Assembly: GCA_951406725.2 (NCBI GenBank)
Contig: OX597830.1
Coordinates: 8,122,001 to 8,186,000 of the forward strand
DNA from: Octopus vulgaris
Taxonomy: Eukaryota
Direction: 5' to 3'
Length of the DNA: 64,000 nucleotides
Position numbers and translations under genes: made by a program. How positions within the stretch are numbered: the first letter of the stretch is position 1; every line of letters begins with the position of its first letter. Positions 42,039 through 52,700 of the stretch are shown here, piece by piece. Below the pieces are notes generated by a model. It was not told the DNA's origin. It searched no databases and saw only the letters and a program-made list of their open reading frames with translations.

Positions 42039-42688
42039 ATAGATTGTTAGACGTTGGTAGAGGGTAGAACTAAATAAGTTGCTGAATGTTGTTGTAGCCT
42101 TATACATCCTGAGTCCAATCCCAGTTAAGGTCAGCTTTACTTTTTATCCTTCCCAGTACTTTGGGCCACTTAAGTATTGGAATGGAGAAGAGAGAGCAAA
42201 AAATTTTAATAGTAATTTCAAATTTTTGCCACAAGGGTAGCTTGTAGCAGGTGGGGATGAGTTGGGTACATCGACCCCTGTACTTGTTTCATCAGCCCTG
42301 AAAGGATGAAAGGCAAAGTTGACCTTGTTTCATCAGCCCTGAAAGGATGAAAGGCAAAGTTGACCTCAGTGGAAGTTGAACTCAGAACGTAGTGATTGGC
42401 GAAATACCGCTAAGCGTTTCATCCAGGATGCTAACGATTCTGCTAGCTAATTGCCTTAACACTAATAATAATAATGGTTTCAAATTTTGCCACAAGGGCA
42501 GCAATTTTGGGGGAGGGGGTGAGTCAATTACCTCAACCCCAGTGTGTAACTGGTACTAAATTTGTCGACCCCGAAAGGATGAAAGGCAAAGTCGCTCACA
42601 GAAGAATTTGAACTCAGAACGTAGCAATGGCCAAAATGCCACTAAGCATTTCATCCAGAATGCTAACAATTTTGCCAGCTTGCCACCT

Positions 42689-42722
<34 letters not shown>

Positions 42723-42961
42723 CAATAATGATAATAATAATAATAACAATAATGATAATAATAATAATAACAATAATGATAATAATAATAATAATAACAA
42801 TAATGATAATAATAATAATAATAATAATAATGATAATAATAATAATAATAATAAATAATAATAATAATGATAATAATAAGCACATACCCAAGGCACACAG
42901 AGCTGCACTCGGTAGTGAAGTGAAAGCACGCTATAAAAATAAAACTACTGAATAATAAAAA

Positions 42962-42993
<32 letters not shown>

Positions 42994-43257
42994 GTTTCAA
43001 ATTCTGTCACAAGGCCAGTAATTTCAGGGGTGGAGGTCAGTGCTGTATGGGTATTTATTTCATGAACCCCGAAAAGGTGAAAGGCAAAGTCAACTGTGGC
43101 AGAATTTGAACTCAAAATGAAAAAGACAGATGAAATGCCACGGAGCATGTCACCCGGTGCCATACCGATTCTGCTAGCTTGCCATCTTGGATCATATCAA
43201 ATATTAAAAGAAAAACACAAGACAAAATGGTTTTTGTTATTTTGGTTATTTTGTTTT

Positions 43258-43472
43258 TCATATTTTTTGTTTTTTGAAATTATTCAAATATTTTCTTCCA
43301 TCACTGCTCAACTTTTCACGGAGTCTTTTCTGGTTGTTGGCCAACTCCTGTCCATGGAGAATCCATGTAATGTTGCCACCACAAAGGATCCACGGATGAC
43401 AGAGTACGTCAACAGCTGTGTAACGCCGTCTTCGGTCGACCACTAGAAGATGTCGAATGAGACCTTTAGCAT
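43258..43472 (-). CDS. DCLK3: DCLK3-like kinase, terminal exon
   Basis: ttgcag acceptor. The phase-1 join gives ISK-YAKGLIRHLLVVDRRRRYTAVDVLCHPWI (kinase subdomain XI), with the stop at 43258. Confidence 0.88.
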
Positions 43473-44506
43473 CTGCAAATGATCAAAGAGAAACCATTCA
43501 GTTTTAGAACCCTTTTCACCTGTCTGAGGAAGGAACAGCCTCTCTCTCTCACACACACACACACACTACAATACTAACATGTTCAAATCTACTCTACTCC
43601 CTGTGTCCCCTCCACTTCCTGTTACTACCACAGCTTCTCCATCACCCTTGTCCAAACTTGCCGGATGTTTCAAGCCTCTTTCCATCTATTGTGTATTGTT
43701 TCTGGAACCATGCGTTAATGTAGCTAATCCTTTCTCCCCAATCCTTGCCACCCACTGGAACTCAATCAGCCTCACCAGTCGTGGCACTCCATTGGTTACG
43801 ACCACGAGGGTTCCAGTTGATCCAATCAACAGAACAGCCTGCTTGTGAAATTAACGTGCAAATGGCTGAGCACTCCACAGACACGAGTACTCTTAACATA
43901 GTTCTCGAGGAGATTCAGCGTGACACAGAGTGTGACAAGGCTGGCCCTTTAAAATACAGGCACAAAAGAAACAGGAAGAAAGAATGAGAAAATTTATGGT
44001 GAAAGAGTACAGCAGGGTTCACCAACCCTACGCCTGCCGGAGCCTCGTGGAGCTTTAGATGTTTTCACTGAATAAACACTCACAATGCCTGATCTGGGAA
44101 TCAAAACTGTGATCCTACGACTGCGAGTCCATTGCCCTAACCACCGGGCCATTGTGCCTCCACAGCGTCACTAATATGGTGAGGATGAAGCAAAGGTCAC
44201 AGGTTAGAAACACTATCAATTTCTTCCCAGACGCATATAAAGAAATAATTTCCATTATCACACACATCCTTTGCATTATACAGACATCATTGCATAATTT
44301 TTGTATAAAATGATTATGGATTAAATGTTTATTATATGAGATCATTAAGACCAATATCACACACATTTAAGTACAAGCATCAGCACTCGTGTAAATACCT
44401 GGACAAGCTCTGGGGTCAATCTAATCAATAATTAACACCTTCCCACTTAATTCCTGCATTTGTACCAATGTAATGAACAAGAGTTGATTATACAACTGCT
44501 ACTCAC

Positions 44507-44674
44507 ATTTCGAAATTTGATCCCAATACGGGGTTAGGAATTCGTATTCTCCTGACTTGATTTTTTCGAAAAGATCCGACTGTCGTCTGTCATGGCTATG
44601 AAATGGTGGGAAGCCACACAGGAGTATAAAACAAATCACACCGGTTGCCCACATGTCCACTTCAAGCCCATAGC
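44507..44674 (-). CDS. DCLK3: DCLK3-like kinase exon (subdomains IX-X)
   Basis: ttag acceptor and gtgagt donor, 168 nt. Encodes GYGLEVDMWATGVICFILLCGFPPF...YEFLTPYWDQISK. Confidence 0.9.
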
Positions 44675-45028
44675 CTAAAGAACATTTACAATAATAAAAA
44701 AAAAAGAACATCATTTATCATCATTGTTTTAGAATTCAGATTGTCAAATGTAACACTCATTTATTTACACATGGCTATGTGGTAAGAAGCTTGCTTCCCA
44801 ACCACATGGTTCTGGGTTCAGTCCCACTGCGTGGCACCTTGGGCAAGTGTCTTCTACTATAGCCTCAGACTGACTAAAGCATTGTGAGTGGATTTGGTAG
44901 ATGGAAACTGAAAGAAGCTCATCTTATATACATATACACGTGTGTGTGTGTGTGTGTGTTTGCATGTTCTGTGTTTGTCCCCACCACCATCGCTTGATGG
45001 AAACTGAAAGAAGCCCATCATGTGTGTG

Positions 45029-45059
<31 letters not shown>

Positions 45060-45634
45060 CTTTGTGTCTGTGTTTATCTCCCAACATCACTTGACAACCG
45101 ATGTTGGTGTGTTTGCATCCCTGTAACTTAACAGTTTGGCAAAAGAGACCAATAGAATAAGTACTAGGCTTACAAAGAATAAGTACTGTGTGTGCATATA
45201 TGTATAAACACATGTCAGTGTGTGTGTATATATAAACACAGATGTATGTGTATATATGTATAAATACACGCCTGTGTATGCATGTATGTATAAACACATG
45301 CCTGTGTGTGTGTATGTATAAATACAGATGTATGTATATACATGTATAAATACACACCTGTGTGCATGTATGTATAAATACATGCCTCTGTGTGTGTGTG
45401 TGTGTAAGTAGATGTATGTGTATATTTGTATAAATACACGCTTGTGTGTTTGTGCATGTATGTATAAATACATACTTTGTGTGTGTATTGTATGTATAAA
45501 CAGATGCCTGTGTGTATATGTGTGTATGTACACACACACACAGAGTTTACGTCAGTGTGTATTAAATGCAAACAACAATTCCACCCTGTCGTCCCCACCC
45601 CCTCACCCTCATCCCATATAAGGGCATTACTGAC

Positions 45635-45767
45635 CTTCTTGTGTTAGGATCTCTGGTGCCACATATGTCGGTGTGCCACACACCGTATAAATGTCTTCTG
45701 TTATTTCCATAGCCAAACCAAAGTCTGCCAACTTCAGCTTCAAGAAACCATCTTTGTTCCAATAAAC
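45635..45767 (-). CDS. DCLK3: DCLK3-like kinase exon (subdomains VII-VIII)
   Basis: aaacag acceptor and gtcagt donor, 133 nt. Encodes LKLADFGLA...[15 protein letters not shown]. Confidence 0.92.
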
Positions 45768-47502
45768 CTGTTTCCAAACAAAAGACCAAAAGATTTTCAG
45801 CCAACACAATGGAGAGGGTGGAGGCGGGATGGTCACATCTGGAACAAGACTGATCTGGGGTTAAACAGCAACAAGGATGGACACATGAGATTAATGTAAT
45901 CCTAGATACACTATGAATGATGTCTGAATAAAAGATGAGGTGGTCATATCTGGAACACCCAGGTCTTCTGGATCAGGACTGACCTAGGGTTAAAGATAAT
46001 ATAGTGCTAGATACACTGTGTAAAGTCTGAATAAAAGATGAGTTGGTCACATATGGAACATCTAGATCTATGGATAAAGATTGACCTGGGGTTATACAGT
46101 AACAAAGAGGGACACATTAGATATTGTAGTCTTAGATTGACTATGCCTGGATAAAAGATGGGATGATCATATTTGGAACACCTATGTCTGCTGGTATGGT
46201 CAGGTCTGGCCTAGGGCTAAACAATAATACACAATACAGTAATGTCTTCTTAGATACACTAATGTCTGAATACAAAATGGGATGGTCATATCTGGACTGC
46301 TTTAATCAAGTAGATCAGGGCTGACCTATGGCTAAACAATAAGGACATATGACATAATGTAGTCCAAAACAGACTGTGTAATATCAGAAGAGATGGCCAT
46401 GTCTGGAACCCCTAGATGTGCTAGATGAGGCACAGTGTACCTAGGACTACAGTAACAACTCAGTGAATTAACAAAATGAGCTGAAACTTATTTTGTTTTA
46501 TAAACAAGAAATTGTTGGAGGGGGTGGTCACATGAGGAGGAGACATGAATAATAAGGTAGATGATGGAGGGGTGAGAAGGTGGGAAGGGGTTTGTTCTAC
46601 AGTAAAACTAACAATGTTATGACACATGTAGCAGCTTGTTGTTGTCATGTGGGCTACATGTTCCTACTTGGAAAAGCTGCATGATATTAACTACTACTTT
46701 ATCACCATCAACAGCTTCATAATAATAACAATCCTTTCTATTGTAGACACAAGGACTGCATCGACCCCAGTGCATAACTGGTACTTAATTTATCGGCTCC
46801 GAAAGGATGAAAGGCAAAGTTGACCTCAGTGGAATTTGAACTCAGAACACAAAGATAGATGAAATACTGCTGAGCATTTTGTCCAGTGTACTAACGATTC
46901 TGTCAGCTCGCTACCTTAATAATAACAACAATAATAACGATGATGATGTTGATGATGTTGATGATGATAATGATTGTGATGATGATGATGATGATGATAA
47001 TGAAAATAATTATAATAATGATTTCAAATTTTGACACAAGGCCAGCAATTTCAGGGGAGGGGGAGGTAAGTTGATTATATCAACCCCAGTGTTAAACTGG
47101 TACTTTATTGACCCCGAAAGGATGAAAGCCAAAGTCGACCCCAGCAGCATTTGAACTCAGAACATTAAGACAAAGAAAAAGCCACAAAGCATTTTGCTTG
47201 ACATGCAAATGATTGTGCCAGCTCATCACCTTAATAATAATAACCCTTCCTTCTAAAGGCACAAGGCCTGAAATTTGGGGAGAGGGGACTAGTCAATTAC
47301 ATTGACCCCAGTGTTTCACTGGTACTTAATTTATCAACTCCGAAAAGATGAAAGACAAAGTTGACCTCGGTGGAATTTGAACTCAGAACGTAGCAGAAGA
47401 TGAAATACCACTAAGCATTTTGCCCAGCATGCTAACAATTCTGCCTGCTTGCTGCCCCAATAATAACGATAATAATGATAATGATAATAATAATAATAAC
47501 AA

Positions 47503-47859
47503 CAAGAGCAGTCAGAGAGCACAAACTCCACCAACATCTTCTCAATGATTAGCCAGAGATGATTTTTAAAATGAGAATATCTGTAATAAATTCAACTGCA
47601 TTCACAGACAAAAATGCTAAAATGAACCCGGCTGCTCTCAAAAATTAAGTGAAAAAAAAATGGGAAAATAATCCAGAATCCTTGTTCAGTGCTGGATCGA
47701 TCCCAAAATCTAATCAATTTGTGCCAGTCATGAGGCCAAACATCCCTGAAAGTTTCATCTGAATCCATCCAGCGGTTCTTGAGATATCTTGTCCACAAAC
47801 AAACAAACAAACAAACACAACTGAAAACAATACCTCTGCCTTCGCTAAGGCAGAGGTAA
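47503..47859. mobile_element. Non-autonomous DNA element with a terminal GC-rich hairpin (Helentron- or CryptonV-like; family uncertain)
   Basis: Ends with (AAAC)n and the hairpin TACCTCTGCCTT-CGCT-AAGGCAGAGGTA. No coding capacity. Confidence 0.4.
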
Positions 47860-47905
47860 ATAATAATAATAATGATAAAATTGATTAAAGACTAATTAAT
47901 CTTAC

Positions 47906-48052
47906 CAATAGATTCTCAGGCTTGAGGTCCCTGTGTACAATCCCCATGGAGTGTAAATAAAAGAGAGCACTGCCCAAGTCTTGAACCATTACCGCTGACT
48001 GTGGTTCTTCAAATTTCACACTCTGAGTGATGGCATCGAATAGATCACCTCC
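47906..48052 (-). CDS. DCLK3: DCLK3-like kinase exon (subdomains V-VIb), not in the supplied ORF track
   Basis: tgtag acceptor and gtaaga donor, 147 nt. Encodes [49 protein letters not shown]. Confidence 0.92.
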
Positions 48053-48090
48053 CTACAATGGAGAGAGAAGCAGCAGGAAGTGACATCAGT

Positions 48091-48223
<133 letters not shown>

Positions 48224-49121
48224 TCATCATTATCATCAGCTTCGTTAAGATTCATAACTGTCATAGCTAATTAAGTAATTTATTAATCATTGATCACAAC
48301 AATCATCATCAGTCATAATCACCACCAGTCATCATTATCGTCATCAAAATCATCTTCGTAATTAACACCATATTAACCATCGTTATAATTATCATCAACA
48401 ACATCATCAACAATAACAGACCATGGCCACCTCCATTGACTCTGATAATGATTGTTGTCATCCAGCAACTTCATAATCAACATCAATCACAATAATCATC
48501 AACCATAATCATCATCAATCACCATTATTGTCTTCATAAAACGTCTTCACATCATCATCATATCATACTAGCTATCATCATCATCATCAACAACAACAAT
48601 AGCTATCATGATGTGTTCAAAGCCATCCACACCAACACCACCACCACAAACACAATCAACCATCCTCCTCTTCCTCTTCCTTCTCCTCCTCATCATCATC
48701 ATAAATATAACTGAAATTTAGTTGATGGAAACTACATAGAATCCCATTTTGTAGATATATCATCGTCATCCTTATACTTATGTCGTTTTTCCCCTCCATG
48801 CTAGCTGTATGGGTTGGAAGAGATACACTGAGGCAGCATTCTACAACTGGATGCCTTCCCTGTCACTTAGCCTTGTTCTTAAAGTAACATACATCTCCCT
48901 GATCTTCACACACAACAAAACCAACAGGACACAAAGTGTGATGTTTACAGCAGATGTAAACAACTGTCTCTGAAAACGAAATACAAAAACCAAAGGGTGT
49001 GTGTGGCACCTTGGGCAAGTGTCTTCTATAATCTCAGGCCGACCAAAGCCTCGTGAGTGGATTTGGTAGACGGAGACTGAAAGAAGCCCAGCGTGCAGTT
49101 TAATAAATTGTATTCAAGACA

Positions 49122-49199
49122 AGTTCTACTGATGACATATGGATATGTTATGTAAGTAAAATGCATAATCCATTAATAGTGAAACAATTGTCTAGAATT
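49122..49199 (+). ncRNA. Type-I hammerhead ribozyme motif in a DCLK3 intron (antisense to the gene)
   Basis: AGUUCUA-CUGAUGA-(AUGGAU.../...AUCCAU helix II)-GAAAC AAUU GUC-UAGAAUU, with predicted cleavage after C49192. Confidence 0.7.
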
Positions 49200-49505
49200 A
49201 ATCTACATTTTGTTATTTTTCATTTGTCCTGCTCGTTTATGTTAAAAGTTGTGCTGATTCTCCTTGGAAACAATTTTTTAGTGGTTGATACCATAGCGGA
49301 TCTATTTTTAGAGCAAGAGTCGACCATATAGTGGTCACTCTCTTTGTAAAAATACCACTAAAAATCAAAGCAACAGCTTCATAAAATCCACCAATTTTAT
49401 ACTGTACCTGTATAGGTAGAAGTCTTGCTGGCCACCTCATTATTACTGCTTATAATGGTAATAATACTTCACACATTTAAATTTATATTTATATATATAT
49501 ATATA

Positions 49506-49542
<37 letters not shown>

Positions 49543-49628
49543 GGGAAGATTAATTCCGAATCCACAGGAATGAGACATTCAAATTAAAGATGCTAAAGTG
49601 AACTTCTCTCAATATTTTATTCATATAT

Positions 49629-49851
49629 ATAAAAGTATTTTTAGAGACAGAACCACGCTCAACTCAATCAACATTGAAAGATGATATTATACCCGACCAA
49701 GCCATCAAATATTAAATATTATACTCTCTATATCTATTCAGAATCTCAATATAGTAAATATAATATTTAATATTTTATGGCTCGGTTGGGTATAATAATC
49801 TTCCAATGTGGATTGAGTTGAGCGTGGTTCTGTCTCTAAAAATACTTTTAT
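49629..49851. repeat. Foldback element with about 95-bp imperfect arms
   Basis: ATAAAAGTATTTTTAGAGACAGAACCACGCTCAACTCAATC... pairs with ...GATTGAGTTGAGCGTGGTTCTGTCTCTAAAAATACTTTTAT. Confidence 0.8.
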
Positions 49852-50007
49852 TTATATGTGTGTATGTATGTATGTATATATTGGTGTGTGTGTGTGTGTG
49901 TGTGTCTGCCCCCCCCCACTCCTTGACGACCTTTGCTGGTGTGTTTATGTCTCCATAACTTAGTTCTTTGGCCTAAGAGACCAATAGAATAGGTACTAGT
50001 CTTATAA

Positions 50008-50240
50008 GGCGGCGAGCTGGCAGAAACGTTAGCACGCCGGGCGAAATGCTTAGTGGTATTTCGTCTGCGTTACGTTGTGAGTTCAAATTCCGCCGAGGTC
50101 GACTTTGCCTTTCATCCTTTCGGGGTCGATAAATTAAGTACCAGTTACGCACTGGGGTCGATGTAATCGACTTAATACCTATATCTGTCCTTGTTTGTCC
50201 CCTCTGTGTTTAGCCCCTTGTGGGTAATAAAGAAATAGGT
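50008..50240 (+). mobile_element. SINE family C nested inside a family A SINE
   Basis: GGCGGCGAGCTGGCAGAAACGTTAGC...GAGTTCAAATTCC head. The flanking motif AATAGGTACTAGTCTTA occurs on both sides, like a target-site duplication. Confidence 0.75.
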
Positions 50241-50350
50241 ACTAGTCTTACAAAGAATAAGTCCTGGGGTCGATTTGCTCGACTAAAGGCGGTGCTCCAG
50301 CATGGCCAGAGTCAAATGACTGAAACAAGTAAAAGAGTAAAAAAAAAGAG

Positions 50351-50400
<50 letters not shown>

Positions 50401-50419
50401 AAAGCATGAAGCTACTTAC

Positions 50420-52257
50420 CTTTACTAATTCCATAGCTAAGTAAATCCTATCTGGAGTTTCAAACTCTTCATACAGTTTGACGATGTTGCTATGTCTACA
50501 GACGGTCAGAATACAAATCTCATTCTCTACCATTCGTTCTTTACCGATTATTTTGTTCTTGTCGATGATCTTCATGGCTACTTCGCAGGGCAGACCCTGC
50601 TTTCGCTTGGCTTCTCGCACCTCAGCAAAGTTACCATAACCCAATGTCCTGCCAAGGTAGTACCTATCCAGGATGTCGTTGTTCAATACTTGGTACCCCA
50701 GTTTCGATTTCCTGGCTGGAAAGGGTTCAAGCTCAGACAGCTGATCGGTCTTCATTTCATTGGACGATGACAACATGTTGGGGGTTGTGTTTGAAACGGA
50801 GATAGTAGCAGTAACTGCTGCAGGGGTCTTGGTAGTAGTAGTAGTCGTAGTAGTAGTAGTAGTAATATCAGCCACAGCAGTAGTAGTAACAGTAGTAGTC
50901 AAAGCTGTGAAAGAAATAGTGGTAGGAGGAGACATTCTGGCTTTAGTGTTGGTATTGGCTGTGTTGTTGTTGTAGTTGTGAATGACATAAGGGGGGAGGT
51001 TGTCATCAGATGCAAGGTCAGTGATGGAGAGGCTGGTGAGATCTGTAGACGAAATTTTTGCCATTAGCTTCGACATTGTCTCAATTAACACATCGTTGTT
51101 GACCAATGGCTTGACCAAATTTTCTTTGTCTTCGTTCGCAATGTTCACCGATTTATCCTGGCAGCCCTTCTTGACCCTCATTGTCTTGTTTTTGTTATTA
51201 TTGTCAGCATCCTTGTCTCCATCACATCTGATTTTTCTTCCTCCTCTGCTCCCTTTGCCATCATCACCACCACCACCACCACCTACACCACTGATGTTGT
51301 TGTTGTTGTCACTGCTGTTATCATTATTCTTGTTGTTCTTGTTGTTTCTGACCGAAAAACCCTTATTGCCCTCAACCATTTTCTTCTGGCGCTTCCTCAC
51401 TTCAACATCCTCTTCGTATAACACTCGATCTTTAAATCTATCAGCTTTCAGCATCATCCGGAAATTCTTTCCTGGATTCAATCTGCTGCTGGCCAATTCT
51501 GTAGAATATGCAGGGGTTCTGGCATCACTGGAAGATATGTAATCATTCATGATAACCTTCTTGCTGCTTTCGCTGCTACCGAAACCACTATCGAGTTTTT
51601 CCGACTTGTATTTAACGTCATGAACTAAACGGCGCCTCTTCGTCTTCTGCCATTGTTTCAAAAGACTTTTAGCATACGGACTATTAGGGTAGAGTTCTTG
51701 TATAATGTCTTGTATATCGCCATCGCATATCTGCTCATTACCAACCGCTAAGAACACATCGTCTTCACGAAAAAAATCATTGATGCCATGGACTTGTTTA
51801 CCACGTAAAGAAAGCAATCTGTGGAATCTTTTGTTTTGCCATTTGGCACCAAAAGATTCTGATATGTCTCCCATAATTTGTTCAAAAGACTGAATCGTTT
51901 GACGATTAAGGAACATTTTAATTGTGTTCCTTGGGTAAGATCCATAACGAACCACAGTAATTACTTTGGGTCTACGCTGGTTGCAGTTGTTCTCTGTCAC
52001 GGGCACCTGATTACCACGATTATAGGAAGCACCAAGACCCACCAAAGGTTTACGGACTTGTTGGTGCAGCTGTTGTTGTTGTTGTTGATGTTGTGGCTGT
52101 TGGTGTTGGTGTTGTTGCTGCTGTTGCTGATGATGGTGATAATGATTATTTGCATGGAAATAACGTCCTGGATGAAATGCATTGTAAGAGTTAACAGTTT
52201 GTGAAATAGCTCCATTGTTTCTGTTGAGTTCCAAGTTGAGTGACTCATGAGGTCGTC
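50420..52257 (-). CDS. DCLK3: DCLK3-like kinase, large exon (DCX domain, low-complexity linker, kinase subdomains I-V)
   Basis: Long open frame with a single DCX-like domain (RPKVITVVR...QSFEQIMGDISE...DFFREDDVFLAVG), GYGNFAEV, AMKIIDK, ENEI and HSNIVKLYE. tttgcag acceptor at 52258-52260 and AAG/gtaagt donor at 50420. Confidence 0.92.
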
Positions 52258-52539
52258 CTGCAAAGAGATGAGAACGTAAACGTTAAGTATAAGAGTGTAG
52301 TCAGTGAGTGGGAGTGAGAAAAGCGAGTGGGAGTGTGATCAGTGAGTGGGAGTGAAAAGAGCTTTTGTTTATTTTAATGTTTATTGAGGAGAGAAGGTAG
52401 CACCCATCAACCCCTCACAGGGCCACTGAGCCTGAAGGGAGGGAGAGGAAGGGAGGGAGGGAGGGATGGGAGGCAGAAAGTAGTGGTTAACAGCATGGGC
52501 TACTAACCCCAAGATTCTGAGTTCGATTCCAGGCAGTGA

Positions 52540-52602
<63 letters not shown>

Positions 52603-52654
52603 CAACATCGAAAAATACTTTAGGAATGAGAATCCAGGTTTGAAATTTCCCCAA

Positions 52655-52700
52655 GAAACCTGATGAAGGCTGGAGAGTATATCAGCCGAAACATTGTGTT
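52655..52700 (+). ncRNA. Degenerate minimal hammerhead motif downstream of a tRNA-like SINE head
   Basis: GAAAC-CUGAUGA-A-GGCUG(10 nt)CAGCC-GAAAC AUU-GUGUU. Helix II is perfect, and helices I and III each carry one mismatch. Confidence 0.55.

Larger units (their letters stand above)
35385..46772. repeat. Right arm of the large inverted duplication (partner 18649-25670)
   Basis: See the left arm. This arm is longer because of arm-specific insertions and deletions. Confidence 0.93.

Noticed and set aside
50312-50419. C-terminal tail of the 640-aa ORF (VSSFMLSYIHIYIY...)
   Set aside because: Intronic sequence after the gtaagt donor, including (TA)n.
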